DNA of 63,396 bases, the filler included. It is 10 parts of 10 records of this genome, joined end to end, with 100 filler letters (N's around TTAATTAATTAA, not from the genome) between each part and the next. Parts side by side here need not be neighbours in the genome. Positions count along the whole stretch, not along the records: positions 33,844 to 36,800 come from SRR11831585_1069; positions 36,901 to 52,064 come from SRR11831585_1071; 8 more parts are not named here. One strand, written 5' to 3'. Numbering within the stretch: position 1 is the first letter of the stretch; every line of letters starts with the position of its first letter. The translations under genes were made by a program, and so were the position numbers. Of the stretch, positions 33,864 to 47,316 are shown one piece after another. Under the pieces are notes generated by a model that ran no database searches, was not told the DNA's origin, and saw only the letters and a program-made list of their open reading frames with translations.

Positions 33864-34853
33864 ATGAAACTCGCCGTTTATAGCACAAAACAGTACGACA
33901 AGAAGTACCTGCAACAGGTGAACGAGTCCTTTGGCTTTGAGCTGGAATTTTTTGACTTTCTGCTGACGGAAAAAACCGCTAAAACTGCCAATGGCTGCGA
34001 AGCGGTATGTATTTTCGTAAACGATGACGGCAGCCGCCCGGTGCTGGAAGAGCTGAAAAAGCACGGCGTTAAATATATCGCCCTGCGCTGTGCCGGTTTC
34101 AATAACGTCGACCTTGACGCGGCAAAAGAACTGGGGCTGAAAGTAGTCCGTGTTCCAGCCTATGATCCAGAGGCCGTTGCTGAACACGCCATCGGTATGA
34201 TGATGACGCTGAACCGCCGTATTCACCGCGCGTATCAGCGTACCCGTGATGCTAACTTCTCTCTGGAAGGTCTGACCGGCTTTACTATGTATGGCAAAAC
34301 GGCAGGCGTTATCGGTACCGGTAAAATCGGTGTGGCGATGCTGCGCATTCTGAAAGGTTTTGGTATGCGTCTGCTGGCGTTCGATCCGTATCCAAGTGCA
34401 GCGGCGCTGGAACTCGGTGTGGAGTATGTCGATCTGCCAACCCTGTTCTCTGAATCAGACGTTATCTCTCTGCACTGCCCGCTGACACCGGAAAACTATC
34501 ATCTGTTGAACGAAGCCGCCTTCGAACAGATGAAAAATGGCGTGATGATCGTCAATACCAGTCGCGGTGCATTGATTGATTCTCAGGCAGCAATTGAAGC
34601 GCTGAAAAATCAGAAAATTGGTTCGTTGGGTATGGACGTGTATGAGAACGAACGCGATCTATTCTTTGAAGATAAATCCAACGACGTGATCCAGGATGAC
34701 GTATTCCGTCGCCTGTCTGCCTGCCACAACGTGCTGTTTACCGGGCACCAGGCATTCCTGACAGCAGAAGCTCTGACCAGTATTTCTCAGACTACGCTGC
34801 AAAACTTAAGCAATCTGGAAAAAGGCGAAACCTGCCCGAACGAACTGGTTTAA
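33864..34853 (+). CDS. ldhA: D-lactate dehydrogenase
   Basis: 329 aa; GTGKIG and NTSRG motifs. Confidence 0.97.
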   Translation: MKLAVYSTKQYDKKYLQQVNESFGFELEFFDFLLTEKTAKTANGCEAVCIFVNDDGSRPVLEELKKHGVKYIALRCAGFNNVDLDAAKELGLKVVRVPAYDPEAVAEHAIGMMMTLNRRIHRAYQRTRDANFSLEGLTGFTMYGKTAGVIGTGKIGVAMLRILKGFGMRLLAFDPYPSAAALELGVEYVDLPTLFSESDVISLHCPLTPENYHLLNEAAFEQMKNGVMIVNTSRGALIDSQAAIEALKNQKIGSLGMDVYENERDLFFEDKSNDVIQDDVFRRLSACHNVLFTGHQAFLTAEALTSISQTTLQNLSNLEKGETCPNELV

Positions 34854-34963
34854 TCTTGCCGCTCCCCTGCATTCCAGGGGAGCTGATTCAGATAATCCCC
34901 AATGACCTTTCATCCTCTATTCTTAAAATAGTCCTGAGTCAAAAACTGTAATTGAGAACCACA

Positions 34964-35386
34964 ATGAAGAAAGTAGCCGCGTTTGTTGCGCTAAGCCTGC
35001 TGATGGCGGGATGTGTAAGTAATGACAAAATTGCTGTTACGCCAGAACAGCTACAGCATCATCGCTTTGTGCTGGAAAGCGTAAACGGTAAGCCCGTGAC
35101 CAGCGATAAAAATCCGCCAGAAATCAGCTTTGGTGAAAAAATGATGATTTCCGGCAGCATGTGTAACCGCTTTAGCGGTGAAGGCAAACTGTCTAATGGT
35201 GAACTGACAGCCAAAGGGCTGGCAATGACCCGTATGATGTGCGCTAACCCGCAGCTTAATGAACTCGATAACACCATTAGCGAAATGCTGAAAGAAGGTG
35301 CACAAGTGGATCTGACCGCGAACCAGTTAACGCTGGCGACCGCAAAACAGACATTAACTTATAAGCTGGCGGATTTAATGAATTAA
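34964..35386 (+). CDS. hslJ: META-domain lipoprotein HslJ
   Basis: Lipobox MAGC; CN...TRMMC motifs. Confidence 0.93.
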   Translation: MKKVAAFVALSLLMAGCVSNDKIAVTPEQLQHHRFVLESVNGKPVTSDKNPPEISFGEKMMISGSMCNRFSGEGKLSNGELTAKGLAMTRMMCANPQLNELDNTISEMLKEGAQVDLTANQLTLATAKQTLTYKLADLMN

Positions 35387-35649
35387 TAGCTGCCACAGCT
35401 CCCGGCGGCAAGTGACTGTTCGCTACAGCGTTTGCCGTTGGGTAATGCACACATCCCAATCGCCGTACCATCCAGTTGACGGGCAACAGAAAGCGAACCG
35501 CCGATCATTGCACAATTTGCTTCTCCACTACTGGACATCGACGCTTTTAAACCTGGCGCTACGTGCGCGGCAGTCGCCTGCTGAACAGGTTCACTACTAC
35601 ACGCCGACAACAATAAAGCGGCACACCCTACCCAAAACGCTGCTCGCAT
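35383..35649 (-). CDS. ydbJ: DUF333 lipoprotein
   Basis: Lipobox LSAC; CAMIGG...CALPNG. Confidence 0.88.
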   Translation of the reverse strand: MRAAFWVGCAALLLSACSSEPVQQATAAHVAPGLKASMSSSGEANCAMIGGSLSVARQLDGTAIGMCALPNGKRCSEQSLAAGSCGSY

Positions 35650-35922
35650 CTTTTCTTCCTCTGATCTTCAAGCCAAACGACACCGCCATAAATAATAGGC
35701 AGCACAGAGGGCGGCGTCGAGAGCTGTCCTGCGCGTTGCCCCGCATTTTTACTTTTTTATGGCTATTTTTTTGCCCTCTGTTTGATCAAAACATTCATTA
35801 CGCTGATGTGGGGGACACAAAAGCGAAAATGCAGAAGAAAGCCATTTGCTAAAATTGAAAGATTACTACTGGGCGCGCAGCAATTTCGTGCGCCCCTCAT
35901 TTGCGCAATGTAAGGGTGTCAT

Positions 35923-36800
35923 ATGATTACTATTGACGGTAATGGCGCGGTTGCTTCGGTCGCATTTCGCACCAGTGAAGTTATCGCCATCTACCCTATT
36001 ACCCCCAGTTCCACGATGGCAGAACAGGCTGATGCCTGGGCCGGAAACGGCTTAAAGAACGTTTGGGGAGACACACCACGCGTGGTTGAAATGCAGTCGG
36101 AAGCGGGTGCTATCGCTACCGTGCATGGCGCTTTGCAGACGGGTGCCCTTTCAACATCGTTTACGTCATCGCAGGGTTTGCTGCTGATGATCCCGACGCT
36201 GTACAAACTGGCAGGCGAACTAACACCGTTTGTCCTGCATGTAGCGGCACGTACCGTTGCCACACATGCACTCTCTATTTTTGGCGATCATTCCGACGTT
36301 ATGGCGGTGCGCCAGACGGGTTGCGCGATGTTGTGTGCAGCAAACGTCCAGGAAGCGCAAGACTTTGCTCTCATTTCGCAAATCGCGACGCTGAAAAGCC
36401 GCGTGCCATTTATTCATTTCTTTGATGGTTTCCGCACGTCCCACGAAATCAATAAAATTGTCCCGCTGGCCGATGACACGATTCTTGATCTCATGCCGCA
36501 GGTCGAAATTGATGCTCATCGCGCCCGGGCACTCAACCCGGAACATCCGGTGATCCGCGGTACGTCCGCCAATCCTGACACTTATTTCCAGTCTCGCGAA
36601 GCCACCAACCCATGGTACAACGCGGTCTATGACCATGTTGAACAGGCGATGAATGATTTCTCTGCCGCGACAGGTCGTCAGTATCAGCCGTTTGAATATT
36701 ACGGGCATCCGCAAGCGGAACGGGTGATTATCCTGATGGGCTCTGCCATTGGCACCTGTGAAGAAGTGGTTGATGAATTGCTAACCCGTGGCGAAAAAGT
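35923..36800 (+). CDS. ydbK: Pyruvate:flavodoxin oxidoreductase, 5' part
   Basis: YPITPSS and MQSEAGA motifs. Confidence 0.95.
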
Positions 36801-36900
36801 NNNNNNNNNNNNNNNNNNNNNNNNNNNNNNNNNNNNNNNNNNNNTTAATTAATTAANNNNNNNNNNNNNNNNNNNNNNNNNNNNNNNNNNNNNNNNNNNN
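36801..36900. other. Artificial contig linker
   Basis: N44-TTAATTAATTAA-N44. Confidence 0.98.
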
Positions 36901-36928
36901 GATAAGGCGTTCACGCCGCATCCGGCAT
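36901..36928. repeat. REP element (partial)
   Basis: gataaggcgttcacgccgcatccggca. Confidence 0.85.
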
Positions 36929-37121
36929 GACAAAGCGCACATTGATATCTGTCTGAGCCCCGCTCTGCGGGGATTTTTTCGCCAAAAGCAAGGTGATTCA
37001 GATGAGAAATCTGTGATCTATTTGGCAAAATTATGCTTTATTGTTTACCCTTGTCAGACTGCCCGTCATAAGGCGGCGGAGTGTATTTCTCCATTTTGAG
37101 TCAGTTGAAAAGGAATATTGA

Positions 37122-37982
<861 letters not shown>

Positions 37983-38120
37983 TCAACGCTGAGGCCAGAT
38001 AATACTCTCTGGCCTCTCTCTTATTAGTTTTTCTGATTGCCAATTAATATTATCAATTTCCGCTAATAACAATCCCGCGATATAGTCTCTGCATCAGATA
38101 CTTAATTCGGAATATCCAAC

Positions 38121-38756
38121 GTGTTTTCTTATTACTTTCAAGGTCTTGCACTTGGGGCGGCTATGATCCTACCGCTCGGTCCACAAAATGCTTTTGTGAT
38201 GAATCAGGGCATACGTCGTCAGTACCACATTATGATTGCCTTACTTTGTGCTATCAGCGATTTGGTCCTGATTTGCGCCGGGATTTTTGGTGGCAGCGCG
38301 TTATTGATGCAGTCGCCGTGGTTGCTGGCGCTGGTCACCTGGGGCGGCGTAGCCTTCTTGCTGTGGTATGGTTTTGGCGCTTTTAAAACAGCAATGAGCA
38401 GTAATATTGAGTTAGCCAGCGCCGAAGTCATGAAGCAAGGCAGATGGAAAATTATCGCCACCATGTTGGCAGTGACCTGGCTGAATCCGCATGTTTACCT
38501 GGATACTTTTGTTGTACTGGGCAGCCTTGGCGGGCAACTTGATGTGGAACCAAAACGCTGGTTTGCACTCGGGACAATTAGCGCCTCTTTCCTGTGGTTC
38601 TTTGGTCTGGCTCTTCTCGCAGCCTGGCTGGCACCGCGTCTGCGCACGGCAAAAGCACAGCGCATTATCAATCTGGTTGTGGGATGTGTTATGTGGTTTA
38701 TTGCCTTGCAGCTGGCGAGAGACGGTATTGCTCATGCACAAGCCTTGTTCAGTTAG
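38121..38756 (+). CDS. argO: Arginine exporter (LysE family)
   Basis: PLGPQNAFV and [10 protein letters not shown] motifs. Confidence 0.95.
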   Translation: MFSYYFQGLALGAAMILPLGPQNAFVMNQGIRRQYHIMIALLCAISDLVLICAGIFGGSALLMQSPWLLALVTWGGVAFLLWYGFGAFKTAMSSNIELASAEVMKQGRWKIIATMLAVTWLNPHVYLDTFVVLGSLGGQLDVEPKRWFALGTISASFLWFFGLALLAAWLAPRLRTAKAQRIINLVVGCVMWFIALQLARDGIAHAQALFS

Positions 38757-38848
38757 GCGCTATCTGATGGAAAAATAAAACAGAGGCGCTAAGCTTGCCT
38801 CCAGAGGTCCTGAATTTTGGGCAAGTCAATTAACACGGAGAGACTAAC

Positions 38849-39589
38849 GTGAAGTTCAAAGTTATCGCCCTGGCGGCATTAATGGGTATTAGCGGGATGG
38901 CAGCGCAGGCTAACGAATTGCCGGATGGACCGCATATTGTCACCTCCGGTACGGCAAGCGTGGATGCGGTGCCAGACATTGCCACTCTTGCGATTGAAGT
39001 TAACGTGGCCGCGAAGGATGCCGCTACTGCCAAGAAACAGGCAGATGAGCGCGTCGCACAATACATTTCCTTCCTTGAACTCAATCAGATCGCGAAAAAA
39101 GATATCAGCTCAGCGAACTTACGCACCCAGCCAGATTATGATTATCAGGATGGTAAAAGTATCCTTAAAGGCTACCGCGCTGTGAGAACGGTGGAAGTCA
39201 CGCTCCGTCAGTTAGACAAACTGAATTCCTTGCTGGATGGCGCGCTGAAGGCGGGTCTTAACGAAATTCGTTCTGTGTCGCTGGGCGTGGCGCAGCCGGA
39301 TGCCTATAAAGACAAAGCGCGTAAGGCAGCGATTGATAACGCGATTCATCAGGCGCAGGAACTGGCGAACGGCTTTCATCGTAAACTGGGGCCGGTATAT
39401 AGCGTGCGCTACCATGTTTCCAACTATCAGCCCAGCCCAATGGTGCGGATGATGAAAGCCGATGCCGCGCCGGTGTCCGCCCAGGAAACTTACGAGCAGG
39501 CCGCTATTCAGTTTGATGATCAGGTCGATGTGGTCTTCCAGTTAGAACCTGTGGATCAACAACCCGCTAAAACACCTGCAGCACAATAA
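38849..39589 (+). CDS. yggE: SIMPL/DUF541 periplasmic protein
   Basis: 246 aa with signal peptide; synteny. Confidence 0.93.
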   Translation: MKFKVIALAALMGISGMAAQANELPDGPHIVTSGTASVDAVPDIATLAIEVNVAAKDAATAKKQADERVAQYISFLELNQIAKKDISSANLRTQPDYDYQDGKSILKGYRAVRTVEVTLRQLDKLNSLLDGALKAGLNEIRSVSLGVAQPDAYKDKARKAAIDNAIHQAQELANGFHRKLGPVYSVRYHVSNYQPSPMVRMMKADAAPVSAQETYEQAAIQFDDQVDVVFQLEPVDQQPAKTPAAQ

Positions 39590-39755
39590 TATTTGTAGCC
39601 CGACGTATTCGTCGGGCTAATGCCTTTACCCGATATTGCCTCCTTTTTCTGTAATTTTCTGTAAAACCATGACGTAATCACCTATCTTTGCTCGCGGTTT
39701 CATCAAGGATAGGCTGACTGAAACGGTTAAGCGGACAAGGATGCGGGGGAGGGGG

Positions 39756-40652
39756 ATGGACATTTTTATTTCGAAAAAGATGCGCAATTTCATTTTATTA
39801 GCGCAAACCAATAATATTGCCCGGGCGGCAGAAAAAATCCATATGACGGCTTCGCCATTTGGTAAAAGCATTGCCGCGCTGGAAGAACAAATTGGCTATA
39901 CGCTATTTACCCGCAAAGATAATAATATCAGCCTCAATAAAGCCGGACAGGAACTGTATCAAAAACTGTTCCCGGTTTATCAACGGCTTTCTGCGATTGA
40001 TAATGAAATCCATAACTCAGGGCGTCGTTCACGAGAAATTGTGATTGGCATAGATAATACTTATCCGACAATTATTTTCGATCAGTTGATTAGTCTCGGA
40101 GATAAGTATGAAGGCGTGACCGCCCAGCCAGTTGAGTTCAGCGAAAATGGCGTTATCGATAATCTTTTTGACCGCCAGTTAGATTTTATTATCTCCCCAC
40201 AGCATGTATCTGCACGAGTTCAGGAACTGGAAAACCTGACTATCAGTGAACTACCACCGCTGCGATTAGGCTTTCTCGTTTCTCGCCGTTATGAAGAGCG
40301 ACAAGAGCAAGAGCTGCTTCAGGAGCTGCCCTGGCTACAAATGCGCTTTCAGAACCGGGCCAACTTCGAAGCAATGATTGATGCGAATATGCGACCTTGT
40401 GGGATCAATCCAACCATTATTTATCGTCCCTACAGTTTTATGGCCAAAATCAGCGCCGTGGAGCGCGGACATTTTCTGACGGTGATCCCGCATTTTGCCT
40501 GGCGACTGGTGAATCCGGCAACGCTGAAATATTTTGATGCACCGCACAGGCCGATGTATATGCAGGAATATCTTTATTCAATCAGAAATCATCGTTATAC
40601 CGCCACGATGCTTCAGCATATTGCTGAAGATCGTGACGGGACGAGTCATTAA
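39756..40652 (+). CDS. ygfI: LysR-family regulator
   Basis: LysR HTH; convergent with scpC. Confidence 0.9.
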   Translation: MDIFISKKMRNFILLAQTNNIARAAEKIHMTASPFGKSIAALEEQIGYTLFTRKDNNISLNKAGQELYQKLFPVYQRLSAIDNEIHNSGRRSREIVIGIDNTYPTIIFDQLISLGDKYEGVTAQPVEFSENGVIDNLFDRQLDFIISPQHVSARVQELENLTISELPPLRLGFLVSRRYEERQEQELLQELPWLQMRFQNRANFEAMIDANMRPCGINPTIIYRPYSFMAKISAVERGHFLTVIPHFAWRLVNPATLKYFDAPHRPMYMQEYLYSIRNHRYTATMLQHIAEDRDGTSH

Positions 40653-42127
40653 CCCAGCATCGAGCCGGTTGCAATTAAATTACGGTGTAAGTCGAAGACG
40701 TGGCTAAGATCGTGGTGAATATGTCCGCCAGGCGCATTTTCCAGATAGCGATGCAGATAATCCCGATACATAGGATGTGCACAATTATCAATGATAGTGC
40801 GGGCGCGTTGAAGCGGGGAAAGACCGCGCAGATCGGCGATCCCTTGTTCGGTGATGATCACTTTGACGCTGTGTTCGCTGTGATCAACATGGCTGCACAT
40901 TGGCACGACGGTTGAGATCTTGCCTTCTTTAGCAATCGACGGGGCCATAAAGATCGACAGATACGCGTTGCGTTCAAAATCACCGCTGCCGCCGATGCCG
41001 TTCATCAGATCGACCCCGGCTACGTGTGTTGAGTTGGCATGCCCGTAAATATCAAACTCCAGGCCGATGTTCAGAGCGATGACGCCCAGACGACGGATGA
41101 TTTCCGGGTTATTGGAAATCTCCTGCGGACGCAACACAATGCGGCTGGCAAAGTAATCCATATTGTCGTAAATCTTGCGCAGGGAATCGGCCGAGATTGT
41201 CAGGCTGGAGGCGCTGGCCCCGCTGATTTTGCCGGTTTCCAGTAAATGCACCACCGATTCCTGTAGCACTTCCGAATACATCATAAACGGAGGAATTACC
41301 GGGTTTTCCCCCAGACGCGCCATTACCGCATTATTGATATTGCCCACGCCACTTTGCAGCGGCAGAAATTCCGGCGGAATACGCCCATGCGCCATTTCCT
41401 GCAATAAGAACGTGACCACGTTATCGGCAATCTGCTGGCACATGGGATTTTGCTTATCCAGCATATTACCGGCGTCGGGTAAGTTGGTTTCCACGACGGC
41501 GACAATCTTTTTCGGATCGATTTGCACATAGCGGGTACCGACGCGATCCATTGCATGGAAGATCGACACGCTATTGCGCCGCGGTGGCGCGCCAGGAATC
41601 ACAATATCCGCCAGTTCTGCAACGCGCGGATCGTGATAGTGATTGAGTTCAATGATCACTTTCTTCGCCCGCAGCAGCCAGGTCGGCGCATTACCGATCC
41701 CGCTGGTTAACCAGACTCGACCATCCGGTGCCAGTGCCGATGCTTCAATGACGGCAACATCAATGTCGCCGAAGAAACCGTAATTGACCATTTGCGCCAC
41801 TTCGCTCAAATGCAGGTCAACGAAACTCACCGCGCCCTGATTGATCTTTTTACGTAAACCGGACGATGTTTGATATGGCGCACGCCAGGAAACAGCATCG
41901 GCGTCAGAAAGTACATCGTCAGCGGCGGCGCTGATTGACGCACCCGTCAGAAGGCGAATTTGATACGGCTTTTTGGCCTCATGCTGTTCGTTAGCTCTGC
42001 GGGCAATCGCGGTGGGTAGGGCTTTCGGCGAACCCGCCGGGGTAAAGCCGCTAAATGCCACCATGTCGTTATGCTGGATAATTTCTGCCGCTTCATTGGC
42101 GGTCATCCTTGTCCACTGAGTTTCCAT
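40649..42127 (-). CDS. scpC: Propionyl-CoA:succinate CoA transferase
   Basis: 492 aa; LQSGVGN and NGIGGSGDF motifs. Confidence 0.95.
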   Translation of the reverse strand: METQWTRMTANEAAEIIQHNDMVAFSGFTPAGSPKALPTAIARRANEQHEAKKPYQIRLLTGASISAAADDVLSDADAVSWRAPYQTSSGLRKKINQGAVSFVDLHLSEVAQMVNYGFFGDIDVAVIEASALAPDGRVWLTSGIGNAPTWLLRAKKVIIELNHYHDPRVAELADIVIPGAPPRRNSVSIFHAMDRVGTRYVQIDPKKIVAVVETNLPDAGNMLDKQNPMCQQIADNVVTFLLQEMAHGRIPPEFLPLQSGVGNINNAVMARLGENPVIPPFMMYSEVLQESVVHLLETGKISGASASSLTISADSLRKIYDNMDYFASRIVLRPQEISNNPEIIRRLGVIALNIGLEFDIYGHANSTHVAGVDLMNGIGGSGDFERNAYLSIFMAPSIAKEGKISTVVPMCSHVDHSEHSVKVIITEQGIADLRGLSPLQRARTIIDNCAHPMYRDYLHRYLENAPGGHIHHDLSHVFDLHRNLIATGSMLG

Positions 42128-42150
42128 TTTTACTCCTTCGTTCGCAGGGA

Positions 42151-42935
42151 TTAATGACCAACGAAATTAGGTTACGTTTTTCGAGGAAAGCGTTCATCCC
42201 TTCCTGGTAATCTTCGCTGTCATACACCGCGCGGCGCATCCCCTGAATACGTTCAAATTCATCGGAGTTCATGGTGTGTGCTTCGCCCAGTACACGCAGC
42301 TCTTCTTTGATAACGGCAATGGCTAACGGCGCTTTCTCAGAGATGTGGTGCGCCATTTGTAAGGTGAAATCTTCCAGTTCTTCCACTTCCACAACATGGT
42401 TGAGGATGCCGACAGCCAGCGCGCGCTGGGCGGTGATTGGCGAAGCGGTAAAAATCAGCTCTTTGACAATGTGGAAGCCCGCGTCGCGGGTCAGGTTGTG
42501 AATGCCGACCAGGTTATACGGGACGCCGAGGTTTACAGGCGTCATTGAGAAGGTTGAGGTACTGGCGGCGATGATCAGATCGGAACTCATGATCATTTCA
42601 AATGCGCCACCCCAAACACTACCTTCCACCATCGAAATGATCGGTTTCGGGAATTTTTGGATCATGCGGGTGATTTGACGCAATGGATCATCATAGGAGA
42701 GCGGATCGCGACCGCCAGACGGCAGTTCGTGAATATCGTGACCTGCGGAGAAGACTTTGGATCCACTCGGTGCGCGCAAAATGATACAGCGAATTTCCGG
42801 CCGGTTGAGATCGCTTAACGCCTGCATAAGATCATCAATAAAGACTTTACTTAAGGCATTAAGTTTTCGGCCATAGTTAAACTCAATGACCGCCACTTTG
42901 TTGATAGTGACAACGTTAACATACTGATAAGACAT
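42151..42935 (-). CDS. scpB: Methylmalonyl-CoA decarboxylase; apparent -1 frameshift near the 3' end
   Basis: Crotonase fold; canonical end KPNFVGH* sits in the shifted frame; span is 785 nt, one short of a multiple of three. Confidence 0.92.
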
Positions 42936-42945
42936 AAAAATTCCT

Positions 42946-43941
42946 TTAATCAAAATATTGCGTCTGGATAAATTCACTGAGCTGCCGCAGGCCGGTGCGC
43001 GGTGAGAGCGTATTGTTTTTGACCGCTAAAAGCGTCTGGCGGTAATAGCGATCGAAATCTTCATTCGCGAACAGGTGATTCAGTACTTCTTCTTCGGTCT
43101 GCTTACGCAGCCATTCCACCGATTGTTGTTGCCGCACTTGTTGTAAACGACCACTGGCAGTTAGCGCGGTTTTGAAGTCGATGATGGCGTGCCAGATCTC
43201 ATCGATTCCACGTTTTTCCAGTGCGCTACAAGTCAGAACCCGTGGCTGCCATTCGTCGTATTTACGTCGCAGAATATGCAGGGCACTCTCGTACATATGC
43301 CGGGCAATGGCGACATTGGTATGGTTATCGCCATCGTCTTTGTTGATAACGATCAGATCAGCCACTTCCATCAGCCCTTTTTTAATGCCCTGCAGATCAT
43401 CGCCGCCACCGGCAATTTGCAACGAGATAAAACAGTCCACCATGCGGGCGACTTCTGTTTCCGACTGCCCGACGCCAACCGTTTCGACAATCACTACGTC
43501 ATAACCCGCTGCTTCGCATAACAGCATTAATTCCCGCGCTCGCTGACTGGCACCGCCCAGATGACCGGAGGATGGTACCGGGCGAATAAACGCCGCTTCG
43601 GCACGCGCCAGGTCATTCATGCGGGTTTTATCCCCGAGAATGCTACCGCCAGTGACCGGGCTGCTGGGATCGACCGCAATAACCGCGACCTTTAATCCCT
43701 CTCGAATCAACAACATGCCAAAGGCCTCAAGAAAGGTACTTTTCCCCGCGCCGGGGGTGCCGGTAACGCCCAGTCGCAGGGTGTTACCGCAGTACGGCAT
43801 AATGGCATCAAGCAGCTGCGTACTTAGTGCCTGATGACGCGGGTGACGGCTTTCCACCAGCGTCATGGCCTGGGCGAGTGTGGCACGCTCACCCTGACGT
43901 AAGCGGCGAATACTTTCTGCCAGCGTGGCTTCATTAATCAT
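42946..43941 (-). CDS. argK: MeaB-family GTPase
   Basis: [18 protein letters not shown] and NKDD motifs. Confidence 0.95.
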   Translation of the reverse strand: MINEATLAESIRRLRQGERATLAQAMTLVESRHPRHQALSTQLLDAIMPYCGNTLRLGVTGTPGAGKSTFLEAFGMLLIREGLKVAVIAVDPSSPVTGGSILGDKTRMNDLARAEAAFIRPVPSSGHLGGASQRARELMLLCEAAGYDVVIVETVGVGQSETEVARMVDCFISLQIAGGGDDLQGIKKGLMEVADLIVINKDDGDNHTNVAIARHMYESALHILRRKYDEWQPRVLTCSALEKRGIDEIWHAIIDFKTALTASGRLQQVRQQQSVEWLRKQTEEEVLNHLFANEDFDRYYRQTLLAVKNNTLSPRTGLRQLSEFIQTQYFD

Positions 43942-46078
43942 GATGCTGGCTTATCAGATTCAGTACGTCGCGCACACTGTCGAGCATAGGTGTACCTGGA
44001 CCATAAATCGCCGCCACGCCGCGCTCTTGCAGGAAGGCGTAATCCTGCGGCGGAATGACGCCACCCGCGACCACGCAGATATCTTCGCGTCCCCATTTTT
44101 TCAGCGCTTCGACCAGTTCCGGGATCAGCGTTTTATGACCGGCAGCCAGTGAGGATGCGCCCACTACGTGAACGTCGTTTTCTACGGCCAGGCGGGCGAT
44201 CTCTTCAGGTGTAGAGAACATCGGGCTTAAATCTACGTCGAAACCGAGATCGGAATAGGCGCTGGCGATCACTTTCGCGCCGCGATCGTGTCCATCCTGG
44301 CCCATCTTAGCGATCAGAATGCGCGGGCGACGACCATTGTCGGCAAGGAACTGCTCCGTTTGCGCAACAATGGCATCGAACTCGGAGGCCGATTTCTCAG
44401 ACTGATGATAGCTTTGCGCAATCACGCCGGTAACACACTGGCTTGGCACCAGATAACGGTCGAAAGCGACTTCCAGCGCATCGGAAATTTCACCCAGGGT
44501 GGCGCGAACGCGAGCGGCATTAACAGCGGCAGCCAGCAGGTTTTCGTTATGCTGTGCGGCGTGAGTCAGGGCGTTCAACGCGGCGGTTACGGCGGCATCA
44601 TCACGGGTGGCGCGAATGCGTTCCAGCGAAGCAATTTGCTCGTTACGCACCATCACGTTGTCGATCTCAAGTACATCGGTTTCGTCTTCGTGATCCAGTT
44701 TGTACTTGTTGACACCAACGATGACACGCTTGCCCTGGTCGATCAGCGACTGTTCGCGCGCTGAGGCCTCTTCGATCATTCGTTTTGGCAGACCTGCTTC
44801 GATCGCTTTCGCCATGCCACCGGCTTCGTCGATCTGTTGGATAATAGCTCTGGCTTGTTTGACGATTTGATCGGTCAGCGACTCAATGTAATAGGATCCG
44901 GCCAGTGGATCGACGGTGCGGCAGAGTTCTGATTCTTCCTGGATGATGATCTGGGTGTTGCGGGCAATGCGTGCTGAGAAATCGGTAGGCAAACCAAGCG
45001 CTTCGTCAAAGACGTTGGTATGCAGTGACTGAGTACCGCCCAGCGTCGCAGCCAGCGCTTCAATGGTGGTGCGGATAACGTTGTTATACGGATCCTGTTC
45101 AGTCAGGCTCCAGCCTGAGGTCTGGCAGTGGGTACGCAGCGCCAGTGATTTCGGGTCCTGTGCGCCAAATCCACTGACCGCTTCGCTCCATAAATAACGT
45201 GCCGCACGCAACATGGCGACGTTCATAAACAGATCCATGCCGATGCCGAAGAAGAACGACAGGCGAGGAGCGAAGTCATCAATTTTCAGTCCGGCAGAGA
45301 TTGCTGCTTTGATGTACTCAATCCCATCAGCGAGCGTAAATGCTACCTGCTGCACGCAGTTGGCACCCGCTTCACCCATGTGGTAACCGCTGATACTGAT
45401 GGTATTAAATCGCGGCATGTTGCCGGAACACCAGGCGATGATGTCGGCGATAATGCGCATTGACGGTTTTGGTGGGTAAATATAGGTGTTGCGGCAGAGG
45501 TACTCTTTGAGAATATCGTTTTGAATGGTGCCGGTCAGTTTATCAGGTGTAACACCTTGCTCTTCTGCGGCGACGATATAAAACGCCAGTACTGGTAGCA
45601 CTGCGCCATTCATGGTCATCGAAACCGACATTTTATCCAGCGGGATCTGGTCGAACAGGACTTTCATATCTTCCACGGTGTCGATAGCGACGCCCGCTTT
45701 GCCGACGTCGCCCGCCACGCGCGGGTTATCGGAGTCGTAGCCACGGTGGGTGGCAAGGTCAAACGCAACGGAAAGACCTTTTTGCCCGGCGGCCAGGTTA
45801 CGGCGATAAAAAGCGTTGGACTCTTTTGCTGTTGAAAAACCAGCATACTGACGGATGGTCCACGGTTGGGCGGTATACATAGTGGCACGCGGGCCACGAA
45901 CGTAGGGCGGCAAACCAGGAAGGGTACCTGTCACCTCCAGATTATCGAGATCGGCTTCGGTATACAGCGGCTTGATGGCGATCCCTTCCGCGGTTTGATG
46001 AACCAGCGAGTCGACAGTTTTCTCCCGACGGCTCAATTCCTTGTTGGCAAGCTGTTGCCACTCCTGCACGTTAGACAT
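43934..46078 (-). CDS. scpA: Methylmalonyl-CoA mutase (Sbm)
   Basis: RQYAGFS and B12-binding GQDGHDRG motifs. Confidence 0.96.
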   Translation of the reverse strand: MSNVQEWQQLANKELSRREKTVDSLVHQTAEGIAIKPLYTEADLDNLEVTGTLPGLPPYVRGPRATMYTAQPWTIRQYAGFSTAKESNAFYRRNLAAGQKGLSVAFDLATHRGYDSDNPRVAGDVGKAGVAIDTVEDMKVLFDQIPLDKMSVSMTMNGAVLPVLAFYIVAAEEQGVTPDKLTGTIQNDILKEYLCRNTYIYPPKPSMRIIADIIAWCSGNMPRFNTISISGYHMGEAGANCVQQVAFTLADGIEYIKAAISAGLKIDDFAPRLSFFFGIGMDLFMNVAMLRAARYLWSEAVSGFGAQDPKSLALRTHCQTSGWSLTEQDPYNNVIRTTIEALAATLGGTQSLHTNVFDEALGLPTDFSARIARNTQIIIQEESELCRTVDPLAGSYYIESLTDQIVKQARAIIQQIDEAGGMAKAIEAGLPKRMIEEASAREQSLIDQGKRVIVGVNKYKLDHEDETDVLEIDNVMVRNEQIASLERIRATRDDAAVTAALNALTHAAQHNENLLAAAVNAARVRATLGEISDALEVAFDRYLVPSQCVTGVIAQSYHQSEKSASEFDAIVAQTEQFLADNGRRPRILIAKMGQDGHDRGAKVIASAYSDLGFDVDLSPMFSTPEEIARLAVENDVHVVGASSLAAGHKTLIPELVEALKKWGREDICVVAGGVIPPQDYAFLQERGVAAIYGPGTPMLDSVRDVLNLISQHHD

Positions 46079-46281
46079 TATTTGCTCCGTAAAACGCAAT
46101 CAAAATGAGGGTATTTGCGCCTACGGTGAGCTTTTTACGTGGGTTTGTCGCCAGCAAAAAAAATGCATTCAGACGTCGTTTTTTGCCGCCTGAGATTTGT
46201 CTATTTTGTGATGTGATTCAAGGAATACAAAAAGAAGTGAGGACAACGCCTGATATGTGCTATCAGGCATTATTTGATGGA

Positions 46282-47175
46282 TTAATCCTGACGAAGGACT
46301 TTGTGACCATAATCGAGTAACGCATCAGTGACTTTACGCATCATGCGGCTTTCAGGAGCAAAGCGGTGCCAGTAGAGCATCCGTCGTTGAAATAGCCCAG
46401 GCGTTAAGTCAATCAGTTCACCGCTGGCCAGCTCTTTCTCGATTTGCAGGTGCGGGATCATACAGCAGGTGGTGCCCTGGCGAGCAAGTTGTACGAACGC
46501 TTCTGAAGAATTAACGATATGGCAGGGCACGCTGCCTGGAGGCAGATCGAAGTTTTGCTGCAAAAAGGCCTGGTGCATATCGTCAAGATGGTCAAACGCG
46601 ACCACTGGCGCTTTCAGTAATGCCGAACGCGTTACGCCGTTAGGGAAATATTTTTCGGCAAAGGGTTTTGAGCTGACGAACAGATAGTCGAGCGCACCAA
46701 GTTTATCGACAAGACAACTCGGCAGCGCCTGATGTTGAATACTCACCGCGCCGACCACTTCGCCGCGGCGCAGACGTTCCTGAGTGCGGGTTTCATCTTC
46801 TACCTGCAAGTTGAGGCGGATAGGCGAATCAGCCAACACAGGAGCCAGTGCAGGAAGCAACCACGTCGCCAGACTGTCGGCGTTGACCGCCAGTGAAAGC
46901 AGCAGCGGAGTCGAACCGGTTTGTTCATCGCCCAGCCACTCTTCTTCCAGCAACTCCACCTGGCGCAGCAGTGCCAGCAGTTTTTGCCCTTGTTCCGTCG
47001 GGCGCGGCGGTACGGTACGCACCAACAGCGGCTGCCCGAACATATTTTCCAGTTGCTTAATGCGCTGTGAGACGGCTGATTGTGTAATGCACAGCTTTTG
47101 TGCCGCGCGCTCAAATCCTCGTTCACGTATCACCGCATCCAGTGCCTGTAATGTTCTGTAGTCCGGGCGTTTCAT
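46282..47175 (-). CDS. argP: LysR regulator ArgP (IciA)
   Basis: [23 protein letters not shown] motif. Confidence 0.96.
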
Positions 47176-47316
47176 TGCTGTTGTCTGCTCCTGGTAAATG
47201 CTTTTTCCTGCACTATGACACAATTTTGTGTCAGGTTGCATATACCGAAGCCGTCGGCGGGTAACATTTGTATCCGTGGTTAAAAGCGCAGCTTAAAAGA
47301 TCAGGGATTTGCGCTA

